64,000 nt of DNA from Marsupella aquatica (lineage: Eukaryota > Plantae > Marchantiophyta), in NCBI GenBank assembly GCA_973895155.1, contig OZ316892.1:18032357-18096356 (forward strand), written 5' to 3'. Below the pieces are notes generated by a model that had not been told where the DNA came from, did no database searches, and saw only the letters and a list, made by a program, of their open reading frames with translations. Positions 24,427 to 38,699 of this stretch are shown here, piece by piece. Within the stretch, counting starts at the first letter, position 1, and every line of letters starts with the position of its first letter. A program made the position numbers and the translations under genes.

Positions 24427-26912
24427 ATGGCGGGAGGGAATCGACTGTACCTCGCACTCGGGCTATTGGCCCTGATGTGTAGTGCTGTTCAAGCGCGCCA
24501 TGTTGATCTTGGTATGGTTGCCACTACCGTCTTTCCATTTTAGACGTATCTCTCGGACTTCTTGCGACAGACTCGGAAATTAAGCCTGTGTCTGACAATT
24601 GGGTTGTTCGTCGGTCGTTATTGAGGTGCATCAGAGGACAATAATTTCGATACATGTATGAAATTCTTAAAGTCAAACCTTTGGTAATGCTGTCGCTTTG
24701 GTCGTGGGCATGGTTATCGGGTACTTCTGAGTTATGGAAGGGACCTTTCGTCACGACGCTCTTGTTGAATTTTCAAAAGATCTTTGATCGATATGTTCGT
24801 TCGGAATCGTCAGGTCCGGGCTTTCTTATGTGGTCCTGATTGGTACACTAAATGAAAGAATACGATGTGTTGGGGAATGGAAACCAAGTCTCTTTAGAAC
24901 AGAATCTCTGTTGACTGGAGCCTTTGAAGGTCGGAATAGGTAATTTTTACTTTGCTGCCTATGGTCAGGTGAAACGCAAGCCGTGCCGAACATGGTCTGT
25001 GATGCGTGCCTACAGTTTTCCACCGAAGCTCAGATGATACTCGCTGATCCTGCGACTCAAAGGGAGGCCGTTCAATTAGTATCCCAGATGGCTTGCCAGT
25101 CGCTCCCACCCAAGCTGCAATCCAAGGTTAGAAATGCGTACTTGGCCGAGGTTTTGCTCTTCTTCTATTTGGCTCTTTGATTGAGATGGTGACGCTCTCC
25201 GGATAGGCATGGCGTCGCAATGTGATTTGTTCGTCATCCTTTACATGTGTGATCGCGGCAATGGTACACAAGTCATTTTTTGGTTAGGGCACACTTAAGG
25301 TCCCTCGTTTCTCTTGTGAGTGGATCACTGATTCTCGTAAAAAAATGTGATAGTCGTCTTGGAGTTTTAGTTTGTGACTGTTCCATGGAGTGCATCAACA
25401 CGTTGGGACCTCGTCGCAAATGCAGAGTTCTGTCATGGGTTTATGTTCTGGGTCAGTTTGTGCTTTGCAGCCGTGTGTAATGTTGTTTTTTCTTCTGCAG
25501 TGTTTGGAGCTGGTGGACGTCTACGTGACGGATGCTTTCATAGCTCTAGAAGCATATCTGGGGCCTGAAATCTGTACCGAAGCCGGCCTCTGCATTCCTG
25601 AGTCAACCAGATTCAGCCGTAAACGAGTAAAGCTATCTCATCGGAAACTAGTTGCCAATGCCAAGACCTGTGCACTCTGTCAAGATTTTGCGACCGATGC
25701 TCTTTCCTACTTGGATAGGAACACCACGAAGGAGAAAATCATTGGTGCCCTTCATCTTGCATGTTCTAGACTGGAGGAAATCAGCAAGCAGGTTGGTAAT
25801 GGTTTTCGCTGTCACGCAGGATTCCTATACCTCGATATGTCCAATTTTTGTGGGATTTTTTGTTCAGTGTCTATTAAATTCTGGGTGGCAGATGAGGTTT
25901 GGCTTCCTACTCTTTGGAGCGTGCTGTGCAGATCGATCATTACAATATATGTTCGCTCAGAAGCATTTAGGTCGGCTAACAAATGACTTCGTTGCTTTCA
26001 GTGTGATCTTCTTGTGGATGTATATGCTCCTGACTTGATGGAGCACTTGGACGACTTGACTCCTGAGGAGTTGTGTGAGATAACCCATCTATGCCAGCCT
26101 ACCAGCAAAACTATTCGTGTTGGATCTAGTAATGATTGTGCTATCTGCCAATTCGTGGTCCTCGAGGTGAAGTTAAAGCTCAGAGATCCTCTAACGCAGG
26201 TACGCTTTACTTCCAGTCATTCGAAGTTATCCATGCAGCATGCGGGGGCTGTTCTCTCTGCAACTGTTCTGTTTATTTAATTAAAACCGCCATGAGCTTT
26301 TGGATTATAGGAACAATGCCTGCTGGGGTTTTTTGCGGGATGGTAGACTAAATTTTTATTCTAATCTCCTGTCTTGCATAGCTATTCCCGAGTTGAGTTC
26401 GCATTGCTTGTAAATACCTATTAAACACGTAGCACCATGCTATGAATACGGAGTACGAGTCGACGTTTTGTTCCTGGGGCAAATTTTCACGGGCAAGTTG
26501 GTATGGATACGTGAGTGGGATTATTTTGCGTGGATGTGCAGGAAAGGATCCTGGACGTGCTTTTGAACGGTTGTAGCAGGGTGCAAAACCATGTCGATGA
26601 GGTCAGTGCAGCCTATAGTTTTCCAGCTTGTATGTTCTTTGCTAATGATGGTCAAAAATAGGTTTGAGAACAATCCTCGGCTACTACTTGTTTGGATTAT
26701 TTGTCCTCACCTTCGTCTGTTGGTTGAAACAGTGCAAGATGATTGTTACACAATATGCGCCGTTTATTTTGGCGAACTTGGACAATATCCTTGATGCAGA
26801 TGCTTTGTGCTCAAAGATAAAGGCCTGCCAATCTGCCAAGTTTAATTCTGTTGACTCAATTATTACCCTGTACTCTGAAGGGCAAGCTCATCGTCATGTC
26901 TTTGACTTTTAA
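24427..26912 (+). CDS. Prosaposin-like protein with signal peptide and three saposin-B domains; exons 24427-24511, 24969-25126, 25501-25791, 26002-26199, 26542-26601, 26733-26912 (323 aa)
   Basis: Signal peptide MAGGNRLYLALGLLALMCSAVQARH, then three six-Cys SapB units (CDAC...C...C...C...C; CALC...; CAIC...). All introns are GT-AG and phase-compatible. An in-frame alternative ATG lies at 24409. Confidence 0.9.
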
Positions 26913-27862
26913 GGATGCAGTCTGAGTTGAAGTAGTATCCTTTAGCAAGATTTTGGGTGGTTCCCTTTCCTAAATGTAACGTGCTTATTTCGAACCCCCC
27001 CAATCAATTTGATGATTTGGTACTGTTTTGTGTTACGGTTTACCGCCACCGAAAGTGAAGACTTCAGTAGAGAATGTTCTGGACTGTATCATACTGTAAA
27101 TTATGTGATCTACTTGCCTGTAGTGTATTTTGCAATCTTGTGACAGGCAAACTGAGAGAAGCATAGATGAGAATATTGGAGCTTTGTTCTTCCATTTATG
27201 GACTATGAGCTGACATAAAATTGGAAATTGATACCTTACTTGATTTTACTCGGGGCGACTCGTAGGCGGTTTGGATGCTTATCGCATGCTACTCATACGT
27301 ATGTCTGCCCAGTTAGGCCACAATACTCCACTAAATTTTCAAACGACCATGCAAGAGACTCCTGCTACCTTCTTCTTGGCCTTGACGTTGTTCTCTTTCA
27401 GTTTCGTAAAGCATTTCGCCCTCTCATGTGCCTAGTGCGGAAATGTCTGCTTGCATGTTATTAGTTCAAGATAACGATATGCTTTTACAGTCACTATTTT
27501 GATGTTCTCTTCTTCATTCGACCGCTGCATGTCACTATGGATGATGTTCTCCTCTCCTGATGTGGCACAGCAACATGACCAGATTACAAGATGCTAGTTC
27601 TTTAAAGTGAAAATGCTGTGGCAATGACTCCGAAGTGCGGCCTACTGTAGTCATTCAAATTCTTGCAAAGTTTGGAAAGTTATGGTATGACAGCAACGCA
27701 CCAGTGGTTGACGCTGGAGCATGAAAACTCTCTTTTTGGTGTGAGTATCTGAGAGGGAGTTGTGAATAGGTGTAGTGAGTACCTGAGAGGGAGTTGTGAA
27801 TCATATACAATTGTTAGCTTCTATACTTCGCACCTCAAGTATATCAAACTACCAAAAAACAG

Positions 27863-27950
27863 AAGGCTCGAAACCAGGAGACACTACTACGCAAGGCTTC
27901 AAAACCAGGAGACACTACTACGCAAGGCTTCAAAACCAGGAGACACTATT
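27863..27950. repeat. ~31-bp tandem repeat, 3 copies
   Basis: aaggct(c/t)..aaaccaggagacacta(c/t)ta repeated at the 3' side of the LINE fragment. Confidence 0.85.
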
Positions 27951-27986
27951 ATACAGGTGAAAGACCCACCAACAAAACCAACCACC

Positions 27987-28400
27987 TCACCCTAAAACCA
28001 CCACCTCACCCCTATGAAAAATAGTGAGTGCCTGAGTTCTCTTGAATGCAACAGAGACCTTCTGTCTAAAGAGGCTGTGATTATACACCCGAGGGTAAGG
28101 CCTCCACTGTACATAATTGATTGCGCACAATTGAAAGAATCTGTCAAAGGTCGGGTGAAGAGCCCCACAGACCTCCATAACAAATGGGTAGAGTAGGTCT
28201 CCGGTGTAAGTCTCCTCTTTGAACCATGCAGTTCTTGCAAGGGCTTGGCCCAGTATATGGGTGACTGTTGCAACATCCCCTCTAGTAGGGTCCGCCATGA
28301 CCACATCCCCTAAATATGATTTGCCAGATTTCACAGAATGCCACAAGATGTCTAAGTGGCTTGACATCTTGATTACTGGGATGGAATCAAGAGTGCTGCA
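27987..28400 (-). mobile_element. C-terminal restriction-like endonuclease fragment of an RLE-type (CRE/R2-group) non-LTR retrotransposon
   Basis: LDIL...DVVMADP...KEETY...YPFVMEVCGALHPTFDRFF...FRQKVSVAFKRTQA matches the D-x-D...K..Y...P...E..G...QRxSxxxQRxxA RLE pattern. Confidence 0.7.
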
Positions 28401-31400
28401 AAAGTCTTCTCCAGGAAGTGTATAATCTAATTTGGAGCGTAAGTACGAAGCCTCAACAGCAGAACCTGATTTATAATGGGATGGAAGTAAGTGCAGTTGT
28501 GTAAAGCAACTGTTGTTACCCTGAAGGCAAAGCTGTTGTTACCAACAGAATCCTGGCTTTCCTTCAGGGTATTCTGTGTAACACAAAAAGTTGTGTACAG
28601 TACTGCATAATCTGGCTTCAAATGAAAGCTTTGCTCACCAATCATGACCCCTTCGCTTCTTAGAACCCTAAGCAAAAAAATTGTAAATTTGCCTAACTCG
28701 ACAGGATGGTGATTGCGATGCTAACGTAATTAAAATGGAAAAAATCTCACAGTACAGTTCTACGTCCTAAGTGTGAAGAGTGGCACGGCTCAGCCTGATT
28801 TGGCTAGGGTCAATCTCGCCATGACAGACCAAGCACCAGATAGTAAAGTAGGGTACTGACTTTCAGGTTGATTCAGTGTAACAAATTATTATTAGAAGTT
28901 TAGCTCCAGTGACTAAATTCTGCAAAAAAAATCCAGACACCAAGGTTGGTGCTGGAAAAGAGAACTAAGGGCACAAAAGCATAGTGGAACAAACAGAAGC
29001 AAAGTACACTCATGTGAAAAGAAGTTAACGTTTAGTTTTTGTTAATCCTGTGTGATTGAGTCCATCTGAGCACCGTGTCAAAATTTAGTGTCTATTCAGG
29101 CCTATTCTTTCCTAGATTTTAATAAATAAATCTCAGTACATGTTTAAAAAATATTCCAAGTATGTTAACTTATATAGTGACTTATCAGTGTTTACATTAT
29201 TCTTAAAGATAAAAATGGAATTGGGAGAAACTTTTCAAGCCTCACCCTCCTTAGAAAACCAGGAATTCTTGTTTTACACAGCAACAACTGTGCCAACCTG
29301 AAAGTCAGTGTACACTTGGTATGCCTGTACCATAATCTGCCCCAAGTTTGCTCCATCAGGGTTTCAACTCTACTACTGTAGCTATTGTAAAGCATTGAGA
29401 AATATGCATTAAATAATTATTGTTGGCTTTTGAATAAATTGCACCAATATTCTAAGGCACCAAATTCAATTAATGGTAACAAGGGGAAATTTTACCGTAA
29501 AATGCGTTGATTGAAATTGATAGCACTATAAGGAGACATCTTTATCATATAAGTTGCTCTATTGACAACTCTGCCCAAATCTTGAGCCCGTCATTACACA
29601 TATAATAGTGGATGTGGCTGAAGTATTACAAGTAATTGATTCTCTTTCACTGTTCATGCATGGGTCCTAGGCACATTCTTCAACTTTCTGAAGCAGTCTG
29701 AACCAATAGGTACCACACATGCCTCCTTTGTGGCTCCAACATGCATTATGGTAGTCCATCCAATATGTGGTCAGCTGGTCCATCAAATATGCCATCAATT
29801 GGGCTTGTCCACAGGGCTCGATAGGAGGGGCTTCTTTGTAGACTATTGAGCAAATGTATGCAACATCCAATAAACACACAATTGAGTAGTTGACACAAGA
29901 GACACGTCATCCACCTTTCCAGAGGTTACGTCCATAGGAGAACACAAGAGAAATACACTAAACTCTAAGTCAATCGACTATACCCAATTTCCACAGATTA
30001 AGATCGACCTATATCCTACTATAGATGGCTGGGTAACAATGAGCTTGAGTAACACTCACTAATTAAGTACTTCTCGTGAATAAAGAGTGACACATGTAAC
30101 CTTATCCAAGTATCTGACTAGTATGATTATACTAATTGTGGTGGTATGATAACTCTACACTACAACGAAGAACAAATGCCTAACATAGACAACTCACAGG
30201 CAGAAGTAAACTAAAGCAAAGCAAAGAAAACCAAGAGGGACATTGACTTTCTTTCTCTTTGTTGCCCGCTTGGCGTGGGCTATGAAATGAGTTCCAACTC
30301 TGTCCAGTAAACACCGTAAGAATTGAATGGGGACTGAACCAGTTTGGCTGGATTACAAGGAAAGGAATGAGAAGTGAGAGTAGAATACTGTACATGCGTG
30401 ATGAGCAGCCGAAGCCTATAGGACAGTATAGGACAGTATAGGACAGTATTGATTGTTGTATTGAACAGTACTCATTACAGAGGATTTGATTGAGAAAGCT
30501 CATTGCAATGAGATCAGTCCTCTCCTCCGGAGAATATAGAGAGAGGGAGAGGGGGATAGAATTTTAGAATTAGGGTTTTCTCAAGAGGACGGATTGCTTT
30601 CGCTGGGATTCGGATGGGCTGATTTGTTGAAAGTGGGTTGATTGAGATTTAGATGCTGGAGGACGCATTGGGAGGGTGGCCTGGCCTGGCGTGGCGTGGT
30701 CCGGTCTGGTCTGGTCTGCCTTGGCCAGGCCTGGCCTCTCAGATTGGAGGCAGAGCGAGCGTCCAGAGAGAGTGGTGGAGGAGTTGATTTGATTGAGGAT
30801 TAGCAGATCGGAAGAAATAGCAGGGGTGGATAATGATGATGGCCGATTTTCCTTGTTGGATCGAGATTAGGTGGGATCTTCTCTCGAGAGGAGGGTAGAG
30901 TGAGATGTGTGGGTAGCGGAAGGAGAGGAGCTTTCCTGCCTGCCTGCCTGCCTGTGATGATGCTGTTCGAAACTGAATTGATTGATTCCAACAAGTGACG
31001 AGCAGTGGTCATGGAGGAGAGGTAATTTCAACGATTCTGCTCTGCTTTTCTCTGCTCTGTGGTCGCTCGTTTGGTTGACGTGTGCATGCAAATTGCTGCA
31101 TTCGGGAGATATCTTAATGTCTGTAGCCGGCCTTGCCTTGGTGCTCCCAAAGGTTGCTTTTATTGTGTCCGCGGTTGCTTGAGATCGCTAGATGTAAAAC
31201 AAGGCCGGCCGGCCGACTACTAGTCTGTAGCCGGCCTGGGCAGGGCAATCTCTCTTGAAGTGGCCTTGAATTCTATGTTCACAATATGTTGGAAATTGTT
31301 GTAATTTTTGATCGAATTTGGGACTGTCGGCCTGGGAGGTGGGCATGCTGCTTTTCCATCCTCTATTGGCCATTATATGAGGATTACATGTCCAGCACGG

Positions 31401-31807
31401 CCAGTTGTCGTATCACATGGAAGCATCATAATTCTGGATCGTTTGATGCTGATCCTCTTGTCCTACTGAGGGCTTTTTTGGGGGGACACACATCATGGAA
31501 TGGCAGCCTCGTTCTGTTTACGAATAGCGTTGCGGCTCTTTGCTCTGCAGTTTAATTTGTCTTCGTAGATACGTGAGTCTGAACGAGCTTCTTGTTTCCC
31601 AGAATCTTTTTGCTCTCTCAAATCTAGCAGAGTGTGCTCATGTGGCCGTACTCGCAGCAGCGTCAATTCCAGAGGCAGAAGGTGCCTCAGATAACCAGCG
31701 TTCGCGGAATCGTTGATAAGGTGCAAGCGTCTGGTGGGCAGAAATAGGCATACGAGAGGTGGCTGGTGAGCTACTATTGAAAAACTTTGTTAGCGGATGA
31801 GATTCGT

Positions 31808-34800
31808 ATGGACAGGGGCTCTGAGACCAGGTCCAGCCATGTTGAAGGTTTCAATTCAATTGAACACGACGTTACATTGTCTTCTGAGTATACGAGGAGT
31901 TCGGTTGAATTACTTTGGAAACGAGCTACTAGAACAGGACGATTTGGCAGCAATGGAGTCTCCAAGACCAAGGAAGCAGAGTTGATAGGAATAGAAACAA
32001 ATTCATACGTTCCCTCAAAACGAATTGTAGAAAGGTGGCGGCGGTGATTTCCTCTCTGATAAAGTGGATTGCAAAGACACCACGAGGAGTCTAGAAACAC
32101 GACAGACAGAGTATTCCGAATCTAATTAAGAGAATGAAATTCTCTCATTCAAATTCGTATCTTAAATGACGGTTTCATGAAAATTGTTTTGTAAGCGAGT
32201 ATTAGAAGTGAATCTTTGTAATCGAGTATTAGAACAGGATGTGAAGAGGGCTGGAGTTTCGAAGAGAAGGGAAGTAGGTATCAAGACACCGAAAGCAATC
32301 CAACAGTTCCCTCAGAAAACAAGTTAGGAGCTGGTGGTGGTAACCTCTCCACCACGGCGCACATCTTATGGAATATTCAAGGGAACCAGAAGTATTGGAA
32401 CCCAAGATCGTTGAACCCAAATCTGGGAACGACAGTCTCTACTCTGAATAGTCATTGTCTTGGGTTTCATGAAACTTTCTATGATGTGCCGGTTAGATTC
32501 CCCTGTTATTTAGAAAATCACTGCATGAATCGCATTGCTTCCACCTTTAGCAGTTGCAGCTCTCGGTTGTTGAAGATTGCGGCGATGCTTTTCTTTCAGA
32601 TGATACACAACAAATCTTGCTACACACTTGGAGTTGCAGGAGCCTTTGTCACAGTCGAAGCAAGCCTTGAGATTTTAGAGGACAGGTTGATAGCAAGGTT
32701 GCGCAACTTTGAAGGCAAATGTAGCTTTTGCTGTTAGAGCAGATTCTTTGACCATGACACAACTCTGATTTAACTCTTATCATCGTTTTCCTTCAGAAGG
32801 CTCTGATGTATCGTCTGGAATACTCCAATGTTCTCAGGTTTCCGTTTCATTCTCATAGAAGGGATAGAGGAGGTTGACACGGTGTGTATCTTTCAGCCAT
32901 GAGATATCAAGGAAAATCTTTCTTCATCTGTAGCTTCATTTTCTTGATTGTGTGTCGTTATGGTGACAGACGGGGTGATTGTCTAAAGCCATAATTTCCC
33001 TCAATTGTTTTTAATATTTGGAGTAAATATGACTGGGGGTTTTGAACTGCCTTTAGTTTGATCCCGGCTTTGTGGAGGTTGGGGTCTTCTCTTCTCTCCT
33101 TTCCTCTTTACAGATGCTTCGTTCCTTCAGTCCTGTTTGGATGTTGGTGAGGGAAGGATGTGAATGGACCTGCTACTGGTGTACCTTTCCAAAAGATTGA
33201 TTCCAGTCCGTTTGATACTGACTGGATGCCACCTTGTTGACTTCTTGACAGATTTATGTTTGTAGTACTTTCTGAAATGTTATCGTATTTTGTCCGTCCT
33301 GGTGTGTTTTACTTTTTAGGCCTAGTACTGTGATCAGTGTTTCTATCTCAACCATCTGAGCCAGATACTTTTGAGGTTGAACCTTTTCTCAAATTCGTTT
33401 TACTTCACCGAATTTGAGTAAGACCTTGTCTGCTACGGACTAATGTCTGTCCTTGCAGCTTCCCATCATGATCAAAAGTAATAGTGATGGTCTTTGCTGT
33501 ATGATTGCAGTCAGGGAAGTGTTGGCCTTCACCTGAAATCAACTGCAGTTAAGAACAGGCGCCAGTGAGTTTAATCCAGAACCTTAACTTTAGTAAGACG
33601 AATTGACAATGCTTTTGCCACTGGAGCAATTGTCAATAATTTCAAAACTTTAAAGCCAGGACTTTGTGATATTTCAAATGCCCTAATTAGATAAGACCTG
33701 CTGCTCTTGTGGTGACAACGTGAAAATCTTTGTCCGGTATAAGCTGCTTCTCTCGTGTTGTGACGAAATTTTATGCATTAGGTGATCTTGGATTCTCGGG
33801 AATCTTTTTGCAAGGTTTGTTCTGTCTGTTCTCTGCGAAGGGATCTGTGTGTTATATGGATTTTATTGTATTCATAACTGATGGCAAATGTACGATGCCT
33901 TTGTACATCATGTGTCCAAATTTGGTCCTTTGGTTTGAGTTCAAAATCGCGGCTCCCATTGATGTCGGAAAGTATCACTGATGTCTTCCTTACCTAGTGG
34001 TTTTATCCAGTCTCGTAAAGGTAAGTCATGGAGTTTCAATTTGTCGGTGGTATTTGTTGCTCCTCATTTTCAAAATCGAAGCAGAGCTGGCTCTGCCATA
34101 TGAACTGCAGTTACTTTTGGCACTTTACTGGAAATCGTGGCTGAATCTGGAGACACACTTGGTTGGCATGCCACCCATCGGAGTCAGTTTGTTGTCTTGT
34201 ATTGATGCAATGGCACAAGTTGTTCCAAGAGAGGACATGGAATACAGTTATTCAATAACGGGCTCGTGTTGTGTGTGCAGAGAGGGACGAGCATATAAGA
34301 AGACAAATTGGTCCGTAAATGAATGTCTAGTTCTCCAAGCAGCCAAACGGGAGGAGAATGATAGACACGACAAGCATAGGGGAGCTAAAGAGAAGTGGCT
34401 GCTTATCGAGGACTACTGTTGGGACCATGATGTGCATCGGAGCGGACAGCAATGCAAGGATCGCTGGTACAGAATGGCCTTAGAATTCAAGAAGGTGTAT
34501 GAATATCAAAGAGCCATACCTTTTGGCAAATCATCTTACTGGCAACTCACTGGAGGTGATAGAAAGGACGCAAGACTTCCAATAGTCTTCCACCAAGAAA
34601 TTTATGAGGCAATGGTGGATTGGTACTTGAATTGCAAGCCTGGCAATGTGGTCATCGATACTTCGGTACAATCACCTGCAGATGAAGGTCTGTCGTCGAT
34701 CCCATTAGATCTTCTGAATATCTCAAATTAATGCCTTCAGTCTCCTTTCCTTCCCTTGTTTCTCCTTGCACCCTGTGAAAGAGAGGCGAAAGTAATCAAA

Positions 34801-35264
34801 TTGCGCTTAATGAGGAAAACTCAGGTGAATACGTTTGACAGTTGTCATACCGACTGGTCTCGTTCGCAGGAAATCAGGGAGCAAGTAATGGTGACTGCTC
34901 AGGGACAGATGAAGGTGACAGTGATAATCGCAGTGGCCACAGCATGGGAAAGAGCAAGAAAAGAAAGATAGTGGCAAGAGCCGCGGAGGGCTTAGGAGTC
35001 ATGGTGGAGCGCAGTGGAGTAGCGACACAAAAAGCATTGCTGGAATGTGAAGATCGGAAGGATCGGAGACTAGAGAAGCAACTAGAGGCCAATGAGCGCT
35101 TAATGCTGAGACAGCTGGAGGCAAATGAGCGATTAGCCGCAAAGCAGATGGAAGTGAAGGAACGAATTGCATCACGTTACATCACGGCTATCATAACTCT
35201 AGCTGACGCGCTGCGCGCTTTTTCAGTTCCCAGAAATGGTGAGGCTCGGCTGGGCGATCAATAG
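31808..35264 (+). CDS. Trihelix (Myb/SANT-like) transcription factor; confident exons 34281-34687 and 34870-35264, tentative first exon 31808-32034
   Basis: YKKTNWSVNECLVLQAAKREE...KWLLIEDYCWDHDVHRSGQQCKDRWYRMALEFKKVYEYQ...SYWQLTGGDRKDARLP (trihelix), a KSKKRK NLS and a C-terminal coiled coil. The first exon was chosen only because its phase-2 donor at 32035 matches the acceptor at 34280. Confidence 0.82.
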
Positions 35265-38200
35265 GTTGTGTCAGTCAGGAATTTCGTGAAAGTTACCCAA
35301 TGGTAATCTGATCCAAATTTAGCCAATTCAGTTTGCTGTTCCAAGTGTTACTGAAAGGAGGCCCTGGTATGGAGGACCTAAGTTCTCTATGAATCGCTTC
35401 AGGGTGTTCTAATTTGCAATATGCTTTTTACGGAAGGCCATATGGAAACAGTAGACTTTTAGGCATATAGTCATTCAAAAGACTATGCAAGCATGGTCCG
35501 CAATTTCTCAGCCCATCATTCTTGTACCACAGGCATGCACGCAGCTTTTGCTGAGATGTAAAGTCTCTTTTCTCGACATAAGTTGAGCTTTCAATGTTTG
35601 ATGTGCCTAACTTTTGGATGATTTTGATGGTCTTTCTCTCGTAAGTATCTCACAGTAATGCTTAGCATTTTACTGGTCGTGTTCTTCCGAGTAAGACCTG
35701 TCCCAGTAAGGTAAGGCAGGGTCGTCCTTTGCAGTAAGAAGTTGTTCAAAATTCCTCATAAACAAGTGTTCAATCTATGTGGCTGGCTTTTCTTGGTCGA
35801 GATGTAACTAGGAGGGCAAGTCGACAGGAATGATGATTTCCATCAAAAGATCAGTCTCCAAATGTCCACTGCTTTGGTTACCTTCTCGAGACTTGGATCC
35901 CAGCAGGTCATGTACCGCCTCCAGGACTAGTGTGGAATTACTCCGGACTGATCCCAGCCTTAAGAGGACAGGGTGGTACCGCAATGCAATTGCATGATGA
36001 CAGTGGTGATGTACGTAATCAGCATACTAACGTGGGATTATTGAGAAGGTATTTGCTGTAAACTTTCCCCGTTTCACAGAGAAGGCTGGAGCCAAAGGTC
36101 AAAAGTGCAGAGACCTCACTGCAAGAGCAGTCCTGCTTAAGACCACATGTCATACCGGATCTTCCAGTCCCATCACTGAAACAGCTGCATGTTGGAGACA
36201 GACGAAAATTAAACCAGGGATATCTTACACGAATCAACAGTGTTTATTCCAAGCACGCAATGCAACGTGACTATCCATTCATTAAAAGAAGGGTACCAAA
36301 TCTAACGGGATATTTCTGTACCAAATACGAATGACACTTCAAAGAAGGGTATCAAATCTAACGGGATATTTTTGTACCAAATATGAATGACACTTCAGAA
36401 GTGATCGCCTCACATCAGCACTTTTTGAGGTCCATGGAGCACTTAATACTTAGTTCGAGGACTTAACCTTTTATCACTTTTCCCCGTATGTGCTTCTCTT
36501 CCTCCCATGGGTTCCACTGAAGAGTTGTCTGAAGCGACCTTCGCAGACTGGTGCCAAAAGTGGACTTTGGCGGAGCTAAGTCCATCGCTGCGGCTATTCC
36601 TGCAACTCCGAAGGCATAACGACGTGTTCACTGGGACCACTGTATCTTCGACCTTCCTCCACTTTCCAGGTTTACCTCCACCTCCGAAGGCAAGAAACAC
36701 ATTCATCTGCATGAACTCTCTAACTTCATCCACTATGCATGGCTACACCTGCAACTCTGGAGGCATGAGATGCAAAGAATTTGCGAATGAAAATGTGACC
36801 ATCAGCATCGGTTCCATCGCCCTAGCTACACCTGCAACTGTAAGGCACGAGATCCAAAGACTTTTCATACGAATTCGTGTTCATTGGAAAGAACTCTACC
36901 GTAGATGCCATGACTCAGCTCTGAAGGCTCATGATTACCAATCACAAGAATTTGCAGGGAGATGATGAACGATAATGATACCTTTTCCAAATTTCCGCGG
37001 AGACATTTATTAATAGGAATCCCCAATCATGTGGCTATGATTATGGTAGCGTCCACCTTAAAGATTGCTGGCTACCTCGTCAGCTGCAATTTATTGAACT
37101 GTTTGTTCGTTTGCTTTGTTGTGGGGAGGAAGAGATTCGATCACCTCGAACTGCGTGAAATAGTAGACCCTCACTAGTTCCTATTAGAAAGTAATTTCTA
37201 GAGATTTTTTGATCTCAATTTTGTGGCTTACTTTTGTCAATAATACTTCAATTTTGTGGGCTTCCTTTTGTGCTGCATACTCCCATGCATACTCTGCCAC
37301 TGTGACAACACCAGGGTCTTTGTGTCTTTGATGGCAATGAGAGAGAAGGACTCCTTCTCAGCGCCATACAGGCAAACAAGTGCCCTCTTTTTTGTTATCT
37401 TTGTTGTGCGATACTTTACATTCAGATTCCAAATTGCTTTGTGCAGTGTCCCTCAAGGAACATGCTTGAGTCTGTCTATTATTTATGAGGATGTCAAAGA
37501 TCAAAGTAGCTAAGAAAGCTAAAGAATTGTGCATCCGTCTAGTGTAATAGTTTGCAACACAACATCTGTGGTGATCATTCAAGCGTGAGATGGTAATAGT
37601 TTCATTTTTTGAGCTCATTATGACTCTAATTGACCATAGACATTTTTGGGCAGGGTTTTCACGCCACCACATTTGCATAATGCGTCCTCAATTGCATAAT
37701 GAGTGAATTGAGTGAATAACAGCACTGTGACAATACTATTGAAATTTATATTGGAGTTCCACACATACAATCAACGCATTTGGAATGTGCTCTCTTGGGA
37801 TGCATGACTGGGAGATGCTAGCTTTCATATATGAATTACACATATACCTTTGCACGGTAGCAGTTGATACCTGTCCAAGAGAAATGTCTGCAGCAAGAGT
37901 GAACAGCTTGGGCAAGATGTTTGCATGCTCCCCTTTGGATATGCAGCAATGATTTGAACCTTGAGATGTCGAACATTTCATTGTCAAAGGTGCGAAGTTT
38001 GTTTTTCAAAGGGCAATGTACTAAACAATGGGCTTCCAGGGGACATTTGCATCCCGATTTGCATAGTCCTCCCGCGTATAAAGAGGGGCTCCAATTCAAA
38101 ATTTGCATCCACGTGAATATCCATCAAAATTCCCCATGACAAAAATCTAAACCCAACATAGACAAGATATAGAATCGGACTTCTAATCCAAATGTGACAT

Positions 38201-38699
38201 GTGGATGACAAGTAACTGACAATATTAACCATAGACAAAACCATGGTTGTTTTACGTTGGGTTGACACCCTTGACGTTGAAGACATCCAGGGCCTGTCGT
38301 CCTTAGTTGTGCAAAGGTCTTTGGGTCATCCAGTCGTAAAAATACTTGGGTGAGGTGATGTCCTTGACGTTTCTACAAAGAGGACAGTCATCAATTTTGC
38401 CAGTTTACTCACAGAAAGGCCGTCTTGAATCATCAACTTATTAGACGCCTTCCTTACTCAAAGAACTTGTTGTCCTTATAAAGCTTGTGGTTCTCTTAAA
38501 CCCAATTGATCTTAGGAGACTATTAAAGACTCTCATAAGATCCCAAAAAGTTTTAAAATTCCAAATTTAAATTTATGCCTTTAAACAACCCTCTTAGGAA
38601 TAACCAGTATACCACATAGGTATCCTTGCAAACTGTATTGTATCTATTTCACCAAACTTTAATAACCTCGTAGGAACATATCCAATGGGTATGGAGTTT

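Noticed and set aside
35900-37200. Overlapping ORFs (36507-36965 plus, 36443-36733 minus) with splice-like signals
   Set aside because: No recognisable domain and no consistent exon chain could be built.
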